NCBI RefSeq assembly: GCF_001194135.2
Contig: NC_068982.1
Location: 60,947,339-61,011,338 of the forward strand
DNA length: 64,000 nucleotides
Source: Octopus bimaculoides
Lineage: Eukaryota
Direction of reading: 5' to 3'
Shown here: piece after piece, positions 1 through 11,529 of the stretch
Position numbering within the stretch: position 1 is the first letter of the stretch
How the letters are laid out: each line of letters opens with the position of its first letter
The notes under the pieces: model-generated
What the model was told of the DNA's origin: nothing
Databases searched by the model: none
What the model saw: only the letters and a program-made list of their open reading frames with translations
Position numbers and translations under genes: made by a program

Positions 1-118
1 CCCCAAAAGGAAGGCAAAGTCGACCTTGGCAGAATTTGAACTCAGAACATAAAGACGGATGTAATGTCACTAAGCACTTTGTCCTGCATTTTTGTCAATT
101 CTGCCAGCTCACTGCTTT
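1..118 (-). mobile_element. tRNA-derived SINE, family B (5' part, cut by window edge)
   Basis: Minus strand reads GCAGTGAGCTGGCAGAAT...GAGTTCAAATTCTGCCAAGGTCGACTTTGCC; A/B-box-like head shared with about 12 other copies in the window. Confidence 0.85.
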
Positions 119-444
119 TTAACAAGATTTAGATAACAAAAGATGTACGTCATTTATCATTTCAGTTGGACTGCAATGCTAACAAGGCACCTTTTGCATT
201 CTGACTGGGATGTCTTAAGAAGTTTCATGTTCTACACACATTTATTTCATAGATATCTAATTGTTAGACATAGTTGGTGGGTGCCTGTGTGTAATGTGAA
301 ACTTGAAAATGACCAGCGATTTCTCAAGACAAAACATAAATAATGTAAAAGTAATCTCCTGAGTCAAAACATTAACAACAGAAAAATCGTTTGACGAGTT
401 AAAACGTAAACAATGTATGAGATCAAATATCTTCATTTTCATTT

Positions 445-597
445 CATCACCATCATCGTCATAACCATCATCGTCATAACCATCATCACCATCACCATCA
501 TTGTCATCATCATCATCATCACTATCATCACCATCATCGTCATCGTATTTGTCATCATTATCACCACCATCGTCATCAGCATCATCATCATCATCAC
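445..597. repeat. Imperfect (ATC/ACC)n trinucleotide microsatellite
   Basis: Direct reading; it produces the poly-Asp and poly-Ile ORFs in the track. Confidence 0.95.
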
Positions 598-789
598 TGG
601 GCAGCAAAAATGTCTTGGAAGACATGCAACAAGAGAGGAAATTCAATCTGATATAAGAATGTGTTTCTTACTAAAAATCTGACAAAGAAAGACTATTGAA
701 ATTTGGCCATTCTGTAGAGATTCTGATAAAAGAATCTAAGATTCTAGTATGCTTGTTACATTTACCATACTTTAGCTTCTCAACACCTC

Positions 790-1118
790 ACATGAAGCCA
801 CCGACTCCTCTCAGATACTTCTCCAGCTTCACCAAGGGTTTGTTTTTTTTCCCCTCTCCTTGTTCTGTCTGGTGACCTCACTAATGTCAGTGACCTGAAA
901 AATACACCCAGGACTACTCACTGTAAAATGGTTGTTAGAAAGGGCATCCAGCTGTAGAAATCATGCCGAAGCTGACACTGGAGGTCAATGCAGTCCAGCA
1001 ACTCAGGAGAACCTGTCAAACTGTCCAACCCATGCCAGTATGGAAAATGAGCATTAAATCATGATGATTATGATAGTGGTGGTGACGGTGATGGTGATGG
1101 TGATGATGATGATGATGA
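790..1118 (+). mobile_element. RTE-clade LINE 3' UTR fragment with (GAT)n tail
   Basis: GGGCATCCAGCTGTAGAAA...CCAACCCATGCCAGTATGGAAAA followed by (GAT/GGT)n; same end as the RT-coding copies at 47.1 and 57.2 kb. Confidence 0.8.
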
Positions 1119-1223
1119 TTGTTGTGGATAACCCTTGAGCATGTTGGCCATGGAGTAGCAATTGGTAATTAGAGGTGCTGATGACCCATGAAACAATATA
1201 AATACAGTATAATTTTTGGTTAC

Positions 1224-1399
1224 TGTTATGTCTCAAGCTACTGCTATCTAGCACCTTCGAATGATCTCTACTCAACCGCTACACGACGGCTACTCAACGG
1301 CTATTCAACAATCACTGAACTCCTCTACCATGGCTAGACTACCTCTATTTATATGTCTTGGGCAATCCTACTTCTTCGTTTGGGGGCGTCGACACAACA
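1224..1399 (-). mobile_element. 176-bp solo LTR (or TRIM-like terminal repeat)
   Basis: TG...CA ends, 8/9 terminal inverted repeat (TGTTATGTC / GACACAACA), perfect 5-bp TSD GTTAC at 1219-1223 and 1400-1404, TATAAATA on minus strand. Confidence 0.8.
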
Positions 1400-2102
1400 G
1401 TTACCTAGGATCTTGTGTGCACTGATGATTATTTTCTTTTTCTTCAATACCAGATTAAGAAAGTTATTCCTTTCTAAGATCCAATAGTTTTCATTGTTAA
1501 TCCATCTTAGATATTCTTCTCAATTTTTGTAGAATTCTAGAAGTGTAATGTTGTCAAATATTATCTCACCTTATATTTTGTCATATGTACAGTGTTGTAA
1601 TGAGCTGCGATGACTCCTTGTTATCAATGTATGGTCAAATGATGAGAGAGTGTTGTATTTGTATGACCAATGTAGCAGTTTGATTCACAAAGATAACAAC
1701 TTATATGTTTGCAATGGAATTTATATATCACATTAGAAGTTGAAATACATTGTTCTGTAATTTGTTGAAAATTTTTTGGATAGGAAAGCCTTTTTTTTCT
1801 GTCGAGGGCTTATATACCCCTTTATAGACCATTTTCCTTAGTCATTGCACGGTGAACGCCATAAGTTTTAAGCTTACATAAAAATACCATTATTATTATC
1901 TCTACAGGTCTGATATTTTAATAATATATTCTAACAGTGGGTATTTGGTGAGGCATTGTTCACAACCAGTGAACAAGATGAGGGAAATATGAACTGTCAC
2001 ATGTACATGCATAGCACACAGACACACAGACACACACACTCACACACACACTCACACACACACATACATATATTTGTGTGTGTGAAACATATTTCAAATG
2101 TA

Positions 2103-2520
2103 TACTCTTTACTCTCTCTTTTTACTCTTTTACTTGTTTCAGTCATTTGACTGCGGCCATGCTGGAGCACCGCCTTTAGTCGAGAAAATCGACCCCAAGA
2201 CTTATTCTTTGTAAGCCTAGTACTTATTCTATCGGTCTTTTTTGCCGAACCACTAAGTTACGGGGACGTAAACACACTAGCTTCAGTTGTCAAGCGAAGC
2301 TGGGGGGACAAACACAGACACACAAACATATACACATACATATATATACATATATACGACAGGCTTCTTTCAGTTTCCGTCTACCAAATCCACTCACAAG
2401 GCTTTGGTCAGCCTGAGGCTATAGTAGAAGACACTTGCCCAAGGTGCCACGCAGTGGGAATGAACCCGGAACCATGTGGTTGGTAAGCAAGCTACTTACC
2501 ACACAGCCACTCCTGCGCCT
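2103..2520 (-). mobile_element. tRNA-derived SINE, family A (CORE-like domain), young full-length copy
   Basis: Head AGGCGCAGGAGTGGCTGTGTGGTAAG, B-box-like GGTTCATTCC, GGCACCTTGGGCAAGTGT core, internal (TA)n, tail GAAACAAGTAAAAGAGTAAAAGAG. Confidence 0.92.
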
Positions 2521-2564
2521 ATGTATTTCTATATATTTCTTTGTTTTTTTTTTGTTTTGTATTT

Positions 2565-2654
2565 TGAAGCTCTGATGAAGTTATAGAGTAATACTCAAGC
2601 AGTCAACTATGAGTGCATTGCATCTCATAGCAGAAACAGCTGTACGCTAATAAA
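2565..2654 (+). ncRNA. Putative type-I hammerhead ribozyme with long stem II, followed by AATAAA
   Basis: CTGATGA 2572-2578; GAAA 2633-2636; palindromic stem III ACAGCTGT 2636-2643; GUA triplet; stem II GTTAT(A)GAG/CTCATAGC; stem I only 3 of 4 bp; AATAAA 2649-2654. Confidence 0.55.
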
Positions 2655-2776
2655 GTTCATGGCATAATTTCTGATTCTCCTTATCACTTATTTAATTTCT
2701 TGTATATATAACAAGATATTTGGCTTAATTCAAAAATTCTGGTACCATGCACTGCTTCTCAGCATAACATGAAATA

Positions 2777-2842
<66 letters not shown>

Positions 2843-3184
2843 CACACACATAGGCATAGGCATGGCGGCATGATAAGAAGTTTGCTTCCCACTCAAATGG
2901 TTCTGGGTTCAGTCTCACTTTGTGTGCATACAAGTATATGTGTATATCTTTCACCAGTGTATATTTGAAAACAGTCCCTTGTGATATTTGTTCAGCAACA
3001 AGTTACACAAACACTCTTTGAACCATTCCCATCAGAATGCAGTGAACCAATGATTTGCGTGTTGCTGGAAATCTGAAACCACCAACACTATTGTTTGCCA
3101 TCTGTGGTACAAACAATAAATAATTAGATAAATAAAATTAACAGATAAATTAATAAATAACTAATAGGAAGTTTTATATCTATA

Positions 3185-3488
3185 AGCAAGATGGTTACAA
3201 GGGTATTACTAAATACTGTCTCTTGCTCTCTCTCTCTTTTTTTCTCTCTCTCTCTCTCTTCTTCCCTCTCTCTCTTTTTCTCTCTTTCTCTTTTTCTCTC
3301 CCCCTCTCCCTCTCTCTCTCCTCTCTCTCTCTCACACACATAATACTCTTTCATTCTCACATTATTACTTCCTCTGTTACGATTATGCTATTGCTCAGGT
3401 TTTCTCTTCCCTTCACTTTCTTGTTTTTCTTACTCTATATTCAGCTTTCTCATTCCAACTTCCATCTGGATTATTTCTGTCAACCATT

Positions 3489-3563
<75 letters not shown>

Positions 3564-3715
3564 TTATCAAATATCTCATTTCTCTCTCTCTCTCTCAAAC
3601 ACACACAACACTCTTCTCTTTCTTTCTACCCTGCTCAACCTTTCTTTCCTATTTCTGTATTTACACTCACTTTCCTTTCTGATCTCCCCTCACTTTAAAC
3701 TCTCTNNNNNNNNNN

Positions 3716-3751
<36 letters not shown>

Positions 3752-4050
3752 CTTTTTTCCAACTTTTGTTTTTCTTAATCCCGTCTTTACTTTCTCTCCC
3801 TTTCTCTCTCACTTTATATTCCCCTCCCTCTATCACATATTCTCTCTCTCTCTCTAATCTTTGTTTCCTATATTCTCTCATCTCTCACTCATTAATTCTC
3901 TCACCTTACACTCCCTCTCTCCCTCCCTCCTTTCTCCCATAATTTTTTTCTCTTTTTCCTTAAATCTTCAGTTCCACCTCTCATCTTCCATCCTCACTTT
4001 AATTTCATCCCCCCCACTCTCTCTCTCTCTCACTCTCATTCCATTCTTTC
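3185..4050. repeat. (CT)n-rich low-complexity tract
   Basis: Direct reading; includes a 10-N gap. Confidence 0.9.
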
Positions 4051-4850
4051 TGATGTGAACATTATTAATTGCTATCTCCAATCTGTTGATTTTTATTTCC
4101 TTATTATCTTTTCCTACATATATTTTTTTTTTATTCTTATTCTTTCTCTTATTTTGATATAACCATCTTTTCCTCATTTTCTTCATTTTTCTTCTTTTTA
4201 CCCCTTCATTCCCTGTCGATGTGTCACAGTATTAGTGTTTTTCTCTCTTTTTTAAAAAAAAAAATGTTTATTCCACAATTTTTAGTATCCATTTTTTTCA
4301 TATATTTCCTTTTTCTTTCTTTTATTGTCTTTCACCATCTTTCCTCACTTACACTCTTGCCTTCTCTCCTTTATACAAGCCCTCTNNNNNNNNNNNNNNN
4401 NNNNNNNNNNNNNNNNNNNNNNNNNNNNNNNNNNNNNNNNNNNNNNNNNNNNNNNNNNNNNNNNNNNNNNNNNNNNNNNNNNNNNNNNNNNNNNNNNNNN
4501 NNNNNNNNNNNTATATATACATATATATATATACATATATATATATACATATATATATATATACATATATGTATATGTATATGTAATTTCTACTTCTTGT
4601 TCTCCATAACTATTTAGAATCTTCAAAGTATTTTTCAATAGTTATAAAAAGTAAAAGTAAATAAATATAAAATATATATATAACTTATCCACTCCACTAA
4701 TATAGAAATAATGCTTGGTGACTCAATTCTTCATAGAAAGACATAATTCCCATTAAAAGGAAGGAGGCATTGGTGGTGCTAGGGGTGAGGATATTAAACA
4801 ATATGAAAAAGAACATATAATAATTATATATATGTATGTGTGTGTGCCTG

Positions 4851-4904
<54 letters not shown>

Positions 4905-5978
4905 TATGTAATCTTTATTTTATATATATATATATATATATTGCTATAATAATTATGTATATACATATCTATAAGTGTGTGTTTGTGTGCTTGTATACAC
5001 ACATGTACACACACATGTACACACACACACATATATATATATATATATTTGATTACATCAATAAAGTTATTTAGTGAATTTGATTTTTGATTATGAGAGT
5101 CATAAATTCTAAATCAAAACTGACCTTGTGGTTGAGCTAAGCCCGTCAATATAAGCAGATAAATCTGATTAGTTAGAGAGAAGCTAACATCCAAAAGCAG
5201 TAAGGATTATTGTATATTCAGGGGTTACTAAGCAGCACATTTGGGGGCCAAGATTCTGTGGTCCAGTTATTTAAGATTACAGAAGAATATTTGTTTATTT
5301 GTTTATTTTTATTCATTTTTTTCTCCTAATCTTTCAATCAATATTAGATAAAATAGAAATGATTGTAGTAAGTTGATAATATAAAAAAAATTAATTAAAA
5401 AATACATTAAAAAAGTTACATATCTGCAATTGAAACAAATGTCATTTTCTGAATTTGGAAAGTTGAAGAGAGGTCGGGCTTTTTGCTTATACTATAAAGC
5501 TATGCTTGAATTATGATTTAATTTCGTTGTGTGTACATTATCAAAGTCTTATTATTTTATTATATTTTGTGTTGTTTTTCATTTGTTTATTTAGCTACTA
5601 TTTTTTTTTTTTTTGCCAATAGATTTAATGATTACTAATAATTAGTACCAAGAACAAAAACTACCAATTGGTAAGCCTCATTACTCAAAGACACTTGGTT
5701 TTAATTTTGAGAGAAAACCTGTTCATGTTCACTGATTTACAAATATTATTTTATTTATATTATTTAATGTTATCTTCTTTTTTTGGTTTGTTCATATATA
5801 ATTATTTTTCATTCTTACAGATATTTCTTTGAGGCTGTTTAAATATAATTTATTATTTGTTTATATTTTTGTTAAAGAGAGAAAGTGCTTTTGCATGAGT
5901 AACTAATACGAAGTAAACTATCCAGAGAAACATTTTGTAAATCATAATCACTATTATTTTCATCCACTTTTCCTGGTT

Positions 5979-5990
5979 AATAACAACAAC

Positions 5991-6070
<80 letters not shown>

Positions 6071-6072
6071 TA
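5979..6072. repeat. (TAA)n microsatellite
   Basis: Direct reading. Confidence 0.97.
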
Positions 6073-6989
6073 ATCTTTTCTTTATTAGCCAGAGGTGCTC
6101 AAGAAATACATAACTTTGACAGTTTCAAAGAAAAAAAATGAGGAGTGTGAAAGACACAAATACGACAGGAGAGCAAGAAGGACATTGTACAATACATGGG
6201 AAAATGTATTAAAATGTTAATGGTAGATGCATGCACACATATGCACACATGCATGGAGTAAGGTAAATAAATACAGTTAGGCTTGAGACATATATTTACA
6301 TGGAGCACAAAATAAAGGAAACAAATATGTATTTTCTGCTCCTTGTGAATATATGTCTCAAGTCTAACAATGTTTATCTACCTTAGTGCCACCATAACAG
6401 CTTGACAAGGATTGCTCTTATAGCTTTTGATGCCAAGGCACTAGCTTTGAATGAAGAAGTTGGTGTTTAAGTTCACATCTATTTGAGCACTACTATGAAC
6501 TTATTTTGCTTTCACCTCCCTCTCACTTTCTTTCTCTCTCTCTCTCTCTCTCGATGTATGCATGTGTGTGTGTATACATACATACATATACACACACATA
6601 TACACACATATACATATATGGCTACATTTAGTTAGGGTTCTCCATTACCCTGTTGAGTGGGAGTGTAGGCAAATGCAACAGTAAGCATTTTTTGAGACAT
6701 TTGGTGTTGGAAAATGCTAACATCTGGAGGGCGATTTCTTTTAAGATCGATCTAATGTGTTTTAATTTTTCTAATAATTTATCTTTTGCATGTTGTTTAT
6801 ATTCTGAACTTGTTTTTGTTAATTATAACTTCTTCAGCAAGTCTAAAACTTTTATTTGTTAGATCTACCATAATTACATGAAAAACTACCAATAGCAGAA
6901 TTTTGTAAAACTAAACATTTCTTTGGCACTGAAACTAATCCAGGAGAGGACAAAGAAGAAGATTATAAATCTCTCTTCCCAAAAGAACA

Positions 6990-7730
6990 GATGCAGATTA
7001 AATCATCCTTATATCGAATAGTACAACAGGTTCTTTTATACAAATCAATTCTCAAAATTGAGATAGGCAAAAGTTATGCTACTATCTACAATACCTTCAA
7101 AACTGAAAACTCAGTCAAAACACAAGCTGAAATAGTCAGACATACTTCTGACTATATATTTGTATCCCAGTACATAGATCAAAAGAACTCAGGAGTGGCA
7201 ATAAGAGACATTGAAAAGAATATAGATGCAATGCACTCAATGATGTAGGTACTCATAGTTGAGTGCTTGAGTATCACTCTATAGCTTCATCAGAGCTTCA
7301 AAAACAAAACAAAAGAAAGAAATATATATATTTGAAATATATTTCACATGAATAACATACATTTGTTGGAATAAAAATCACCTCAGAGTTGATTGCCCAG
7401 AAGAACTGAAAAGATTAAGGGTGAAAAATGAAATGAAAATAATGAAGATCAGCAATAACAACATGGTGGACAACAAACTCCAGTTTCCAGAGCACTACCA
7501 ACCAATACTCTGAGAATGGCAAGTGAAATACCTTTATACCCACTATTATAAATAGATGATCAAAACTCTTAGTCCACTATCAATGTCAACTTGTTGTTTC
7601 ATGATGAAGAAGAAATAATTACAGATGAAAATTTGCAAATGACCAGTGAAAATGAGAAAGGGAAAAAAAGAGGAAAAAAATCGTTGAAAAAAGAGATACT
7701 TAATGTAAAACATCAAAATCAATGAAAACC
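6990..7730 (+). pseudogene. Possible highly decayed pogo/Tigger-like transposase remnant
   Basis: LKIEIGKSYATIYNTFK resembles an N-terminal HTH; HDEEEIITDENLQM resembles an acidic C-terminus; no DDD motif recoverable. Confidence 0.25.
7225..7330 (-). mobile_element. Second, 3'-truncated copy of the 2.55-kb hammerhead-bearing element
   Basis: Minus strand TTTTGAAGCTCTGATGAAGCTATAGAGTGATACTCAAGCACTCAACTATGAGT nearly identical to 2562-2614; the GAAA half is missing. Confidence 0.8.
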
Positions 7731-8059
7731 CTCCTATGAACAAAAACAGGTTCAGAATATAAACAGCATGCAAAAGATAGGTTAATGGTAAAATTAAAAC
7801 TTAGATTACATTGAACTTAAAAGAAATCTCAAGGAAGCTTTACCTTAACACAACTGCAGTATAAATGAACCACAGTATTTGAATTTGTATATGAGTTGCT
7901 ACTGCTATTATTGTTAGTATCACTATTTCAAAACTACTTATTTGAGATTTAAGACATTTTTTGATTATAATTATATAATATATTCCTTCCCCTTGTACAT
8001 TCAGTTGTGTGTTAAGATTTTGTGTTTACTTTTTACCAACCACTGGAGGGATAAGGTCT

Positions 8060-8240
8060 GTGATGCTGTCATTGTTTAAGCCCTAGCTTTGATCCAACAG
8101 ATCCATGATCAAAGCATTGTAACTATGACCATCCTGTCTTTTCGTATATTCTAGACTATATTATTTAATATGTTCTTCCATTTTTTTAAGTAGTAGAGTG
8201 AGACTGAAAGGAGATTTGACTGCTATTTCTAGAAGTTAAA
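8060..8240 (+). mobile_element. Unclassified interspersed repeat, family D
   Basis: Shares ATGATCAAAG...GACCATCC and GAGATTTG(G/A)CTGCTATTTCTAG with copies at about 42.7 (minus), 43.4, 51.9 and 58.1 kb. Confidence 0.6.
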
Positions 8241-8354
8241 GCAGGGATGTTAAAGTTTCACCTAAATTGCCTTGTGGTATTTATTCTGACTCTTTGCACT
8301 CTGGGTTCACATTCTATGGAGGCTATCTTAGCTTTTTATTATTTCAGGGTTGAT

Positions 8355-8580
8355 AAGGCAGTGAGCTGGCAGAATCACTAGCACAACAGGCAAAATGCTC
8401 AGTGGTATTTCATCTGTCTTTACATTCCGAGTTCAAATTCCACCGGAGTCAGCTTTACCTTTCGTCATTTCAGGATCAATAAAATAAGTACCAGCAGAGC
8501 ACTGGAGTCAATGTAATCAACTAGTCCCCTCCCCAAAACTTCAGGCCTTGTGCCTTTAGTAGAAAGGATTATTTCAGGGT
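8355..8580 (+). mobile_element. SINE family B, full copy (degraded fragments on both sides)
   Basis: GGCAGTGAGCTGGCAGAATC...GAGTTCAAATTCC...AATAAGTACCAG...GGCCTTGTGCC. Confidence 0.88.
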
Positions 8581-8859
8581 TGAGGAAAAGGTATCCATTC
8601 TGAGTGATTCGTTGGCAGATCCATAAGAAAGTCAGATCAGATGCCTTACTGTATTTGTTCATGTTCTTTTGGTTCTGAGTTCAAATCCTGTCATAGCCAC
8701 CACCTAGTTTTGGGGTGTCTTTAGAGGAATCAACTCTGTTGCAAACGTTCACTTCAAGTCACATGTTTATCTCTACCTTCTCCATGAAAGATATACTCAA
8801 AACAAATGTCTTGCAAAGAATGACACTAAATACTTTTATGACTGTATTTCTAAATAAAT

Positions 8860-9075
8860 ATGCATCAATCAATTTTTTTAAAATCACTAAATATTTTAAA
8901 AGTATGAACAAAACTGTTTCATTAAGCTCTTGTTTGGAACAAAACTTAACAAAAGATTCTTCTTTAAAATTATGATGGAAGGTTTTAATTTAAATACAAA
9001 CATTTCAAAATGATAGGGTTTTTGTATCAAGGAATGAGAGGTAGTCTCAAAAAGATTGATACTGAAAAAGGAAAT
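8860..9075. mobile_element. Degraded MITE, family 2
   Basis: Reverse-complement similarity to 12426-12575 (GATGGAAGGTTTTAATTT vs AAATTAAAATCTTCCATC). Confidence 0.5.
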
Positions 9076-9540
9076 CTACTACAATACTATTTCTACTAAG
9101 AAGCTAACCTTCAGTTATGTTGTGTAAATAGAAGGTCAATCTTTGTTGGGAGAAGAACCTATCAATCAGTGAAGCTATCACAGTATTCTACTGGTATTTA
9201 TTTCTCAACCTTAGAGAAGAAAAAAGACAAAGTTAGTGGGATTTGAATTCAAAGCATACCCAGTCATACTGTAAGTTATTTAATAGGACTGTTATTTCCG
9301 CCAACTTACCAATGTCAGCTACTTTTAATAATAATAATAATAATAATAATAATATTAATAATAATAATAATAATAGTAATGTAATGGTTTAGGTAAATAA
9401 GGTGTTGATTTCAAAGCTTTTGGAAAATGGCTTCCTGTTCTGAGTTCCTTATTTCATTGTAATGTTATGTTAATGACGTTAACAGCCTCATGAAATATCT
9501 GAATTTGTACATCTAGTCACACTCTGCCTGGATTTGAAAA

Positions 9541-9580
<40 letters not shown>

Positions 9581-9847
9581 ACGTGTGCATGCATGCATGT
9601 GTGTGTATGCATGTGTGTGTGTGAGAGAGAGAGGGAGGGAGAGAGAGAGAGAGAGAGAATTAGATTAAGTGTAGATTTAAGATTTAAAATGTACTATCAA
9701 CTATATGCATTCATGCATACACACATAGATCCAAAGTCATCATCATTTATTACTTGGTGACCTCAAAAGCAAGTTCATTGTTAATTTCCTGTGACATATT
9801 GATCAAAGGGTTTTGATTGATTCTGTTTCATTTGTGTACAATACTTA

Positions 9848-10130
9848 GCAGGTGAAACCTGTAGACACAAGGACCGATTTAGATGATTACAGTTTATGTC
9901 TGCGTCCTACTCAAAAGTCACAGAAATCCTGTCTAAAAGTTGATCAATTTCTTAACACAACAGAAAAATAATCTTACAGAATGATACTGAGACAATATTC
10001 CTAAAGAAAATAACATATTTCTTAGTTGCTTTAGACCAATACAAAACATAAATACACACAAAAATAGATGCAGCAGCAATTTCCATACTACATCTAAATT
10101 CTATACTAACTTACCAACCACATCCTGGAA
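9848..10130. mobile_element. Unclassified ~270-bp dispersed repeat (copy 1 of 2)
   Basis: Collinear with 18350-18605 from GCAGGTGAAACCT to CTTACCAA. Confidence 0.75.
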
Positions 10131-10164
10131 ATGTTCGTACATTAATTTTTCTTTCTGCTATAGA

Positions 10165-11133
10165 TACATGGCCTGAAATTTTCGAGTAAGGGGCGAACTG
10201 ATTACATTGATCCTAGCATCCAAATGGCTCTTGTTCTACTGATCTCAAAAGAGGAAAAGCAAAATCACCTTTGTCAGAATTTGAATTCAGAATGTAAACT
10301 CTATGCCCACTTAAATGTGGATACTCAGTTAGAACAAATTGCACTGTGGTAGATACCATGAGAGAAACTCTCATATTAGCTTTTGGTGAAAATTACACTC
10401 TTGTTTATGTAGCTAGCTGGGAGCTAGATCCTTGCCATCTCCAGTGCCAAGACCACCATCATGTGATTTCGACCTTCCTCAGCCTTGTCAATGATGGGCA
10501 CTCAACCTGTAGAGATAGCAGTGACTCATCTCCCCACCAGTGATATATAGAAAAAATAGTGCCAGAAGAGGCACTGGTGTCATGATTAGCTAGATAGCTT
10601 GTTGAAAATATATATATTAGCAACAGAATCAGCGTTAATACCAAGATGAAATATTTATCCCCATTTAAATATGGATGTTCTGTTAGAACAAACTATACTG
10701 TGGTAGATACCATGAGAGAAACTCTCATATTGGGTCCTGGTGCAAAATGCACTCTTGTTTACATCGCTAGTGGGGATATAAATCCCCACCATTTCCAGTA
10801 CTGAGACCAGCGAATCATGTAATTTTAACCTTCCTCAGTCTTGTCAGTGATGGATGCTCAACTGATAGAGAAGCAATAACCCATCTCTCCCCCAGCAATA
10901 TATAGAAAAACAGTGCCAGAACAGGCACTAGTGTCACAATTAGCTAATGAGCTTGTTAAAAAAATATGTTACTGACAGAAACAGTATTAATAAGAGGTAA
11001 TATTTATGCCTACTCAAGCAAGAATGTTCAGTTAGAACAAATTATACTGCAGTAGATACTATGTATCAGAATATAAAACCAGAAGAAATGCCATGTAGCA
11101 TTTTGTCCAGCATGCTAACAATTCTGCCAGCTC
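10165..11133 (-). mobile_element. SINE family B split into 11066-11133 (head) and 10165-10298 (body) by a 767-bp insertion
   Basis: Head CATTTTGTCCAGCATGCTAACAATTCTGCCAGCTCA at 11.10-11.13 kb continues the B-box region at 10.27-10.30 kb; TCAGAAT(G/A)TAAA duplicated at both junctions. Confidence 0.6.
10299..11065. repeat. Tandem repeat, about 2.2 units of 354/349 bp
   Basis: GTAGATAC(C/T)ATG recurs with its ATG at 10358, 10712 and 11061; units are collinear but diverged. Confidence 0.9.
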
Positions 11134-11421
11134 AGTTCCTTTACTTTGTCATTGATACAAACACAACCAGATCAGCTGATATGAGCAGCAAAAATACATG
11201 CCTTCCAAATGCAACATCAAGTTCCACACACCCAACTGGGATTTGGGAGTGTAATGTGCTAGTAAGATAAGACTGGAGCATGAGTTTTCTGTAACTGTTA
11301 TCTTTTTTATTTCTGTAATCATTGATTTAGTTGGACAAATATACTGGGTCACATTTAGGCTGTAAAGAGTGGAGGTATGTGATTCTTGTGTCGTACAGAA
11401 TTAAATGGTCCACTTATAATT

Positions 11422-11529
<108 letters not shown>

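Noticed and set aside
257-682. Poly-Asp (minus) and poly-Ile/Thr (plus) ORFs
   Set aside because: Both are translations of an (ATC)n microsatellite; the flanking peptide has no recognisable features
1175-1200. CTGATGA-CCCAT-GAAAC (similar partial hits at about 27.75 and 30.85 kb on the minus strand)
   Set aside because: No stem II pairing, or a forbidden G at the cleavage site
2103-2520. tRNA gene calls for SINE heads
   Set aside because: A/B boxes are present, but there is no complete cloverleaf and the heads continue into SINE bodies
6795-6845. Minus-strand CTGAAGA-A-GTTA/TAAC followed by AAAAAC
   Set aside because: The essential G12 is missing and stems I and III are marginal; could be chance in AT-rich DNA
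10299-11065. CRISPR-like array or coding-repeat interpretation of the tandem block
   Set aside because: Eukaryotic context, 350-bp units with no repeat-spacer structure, and in-frame stops in all frames examined
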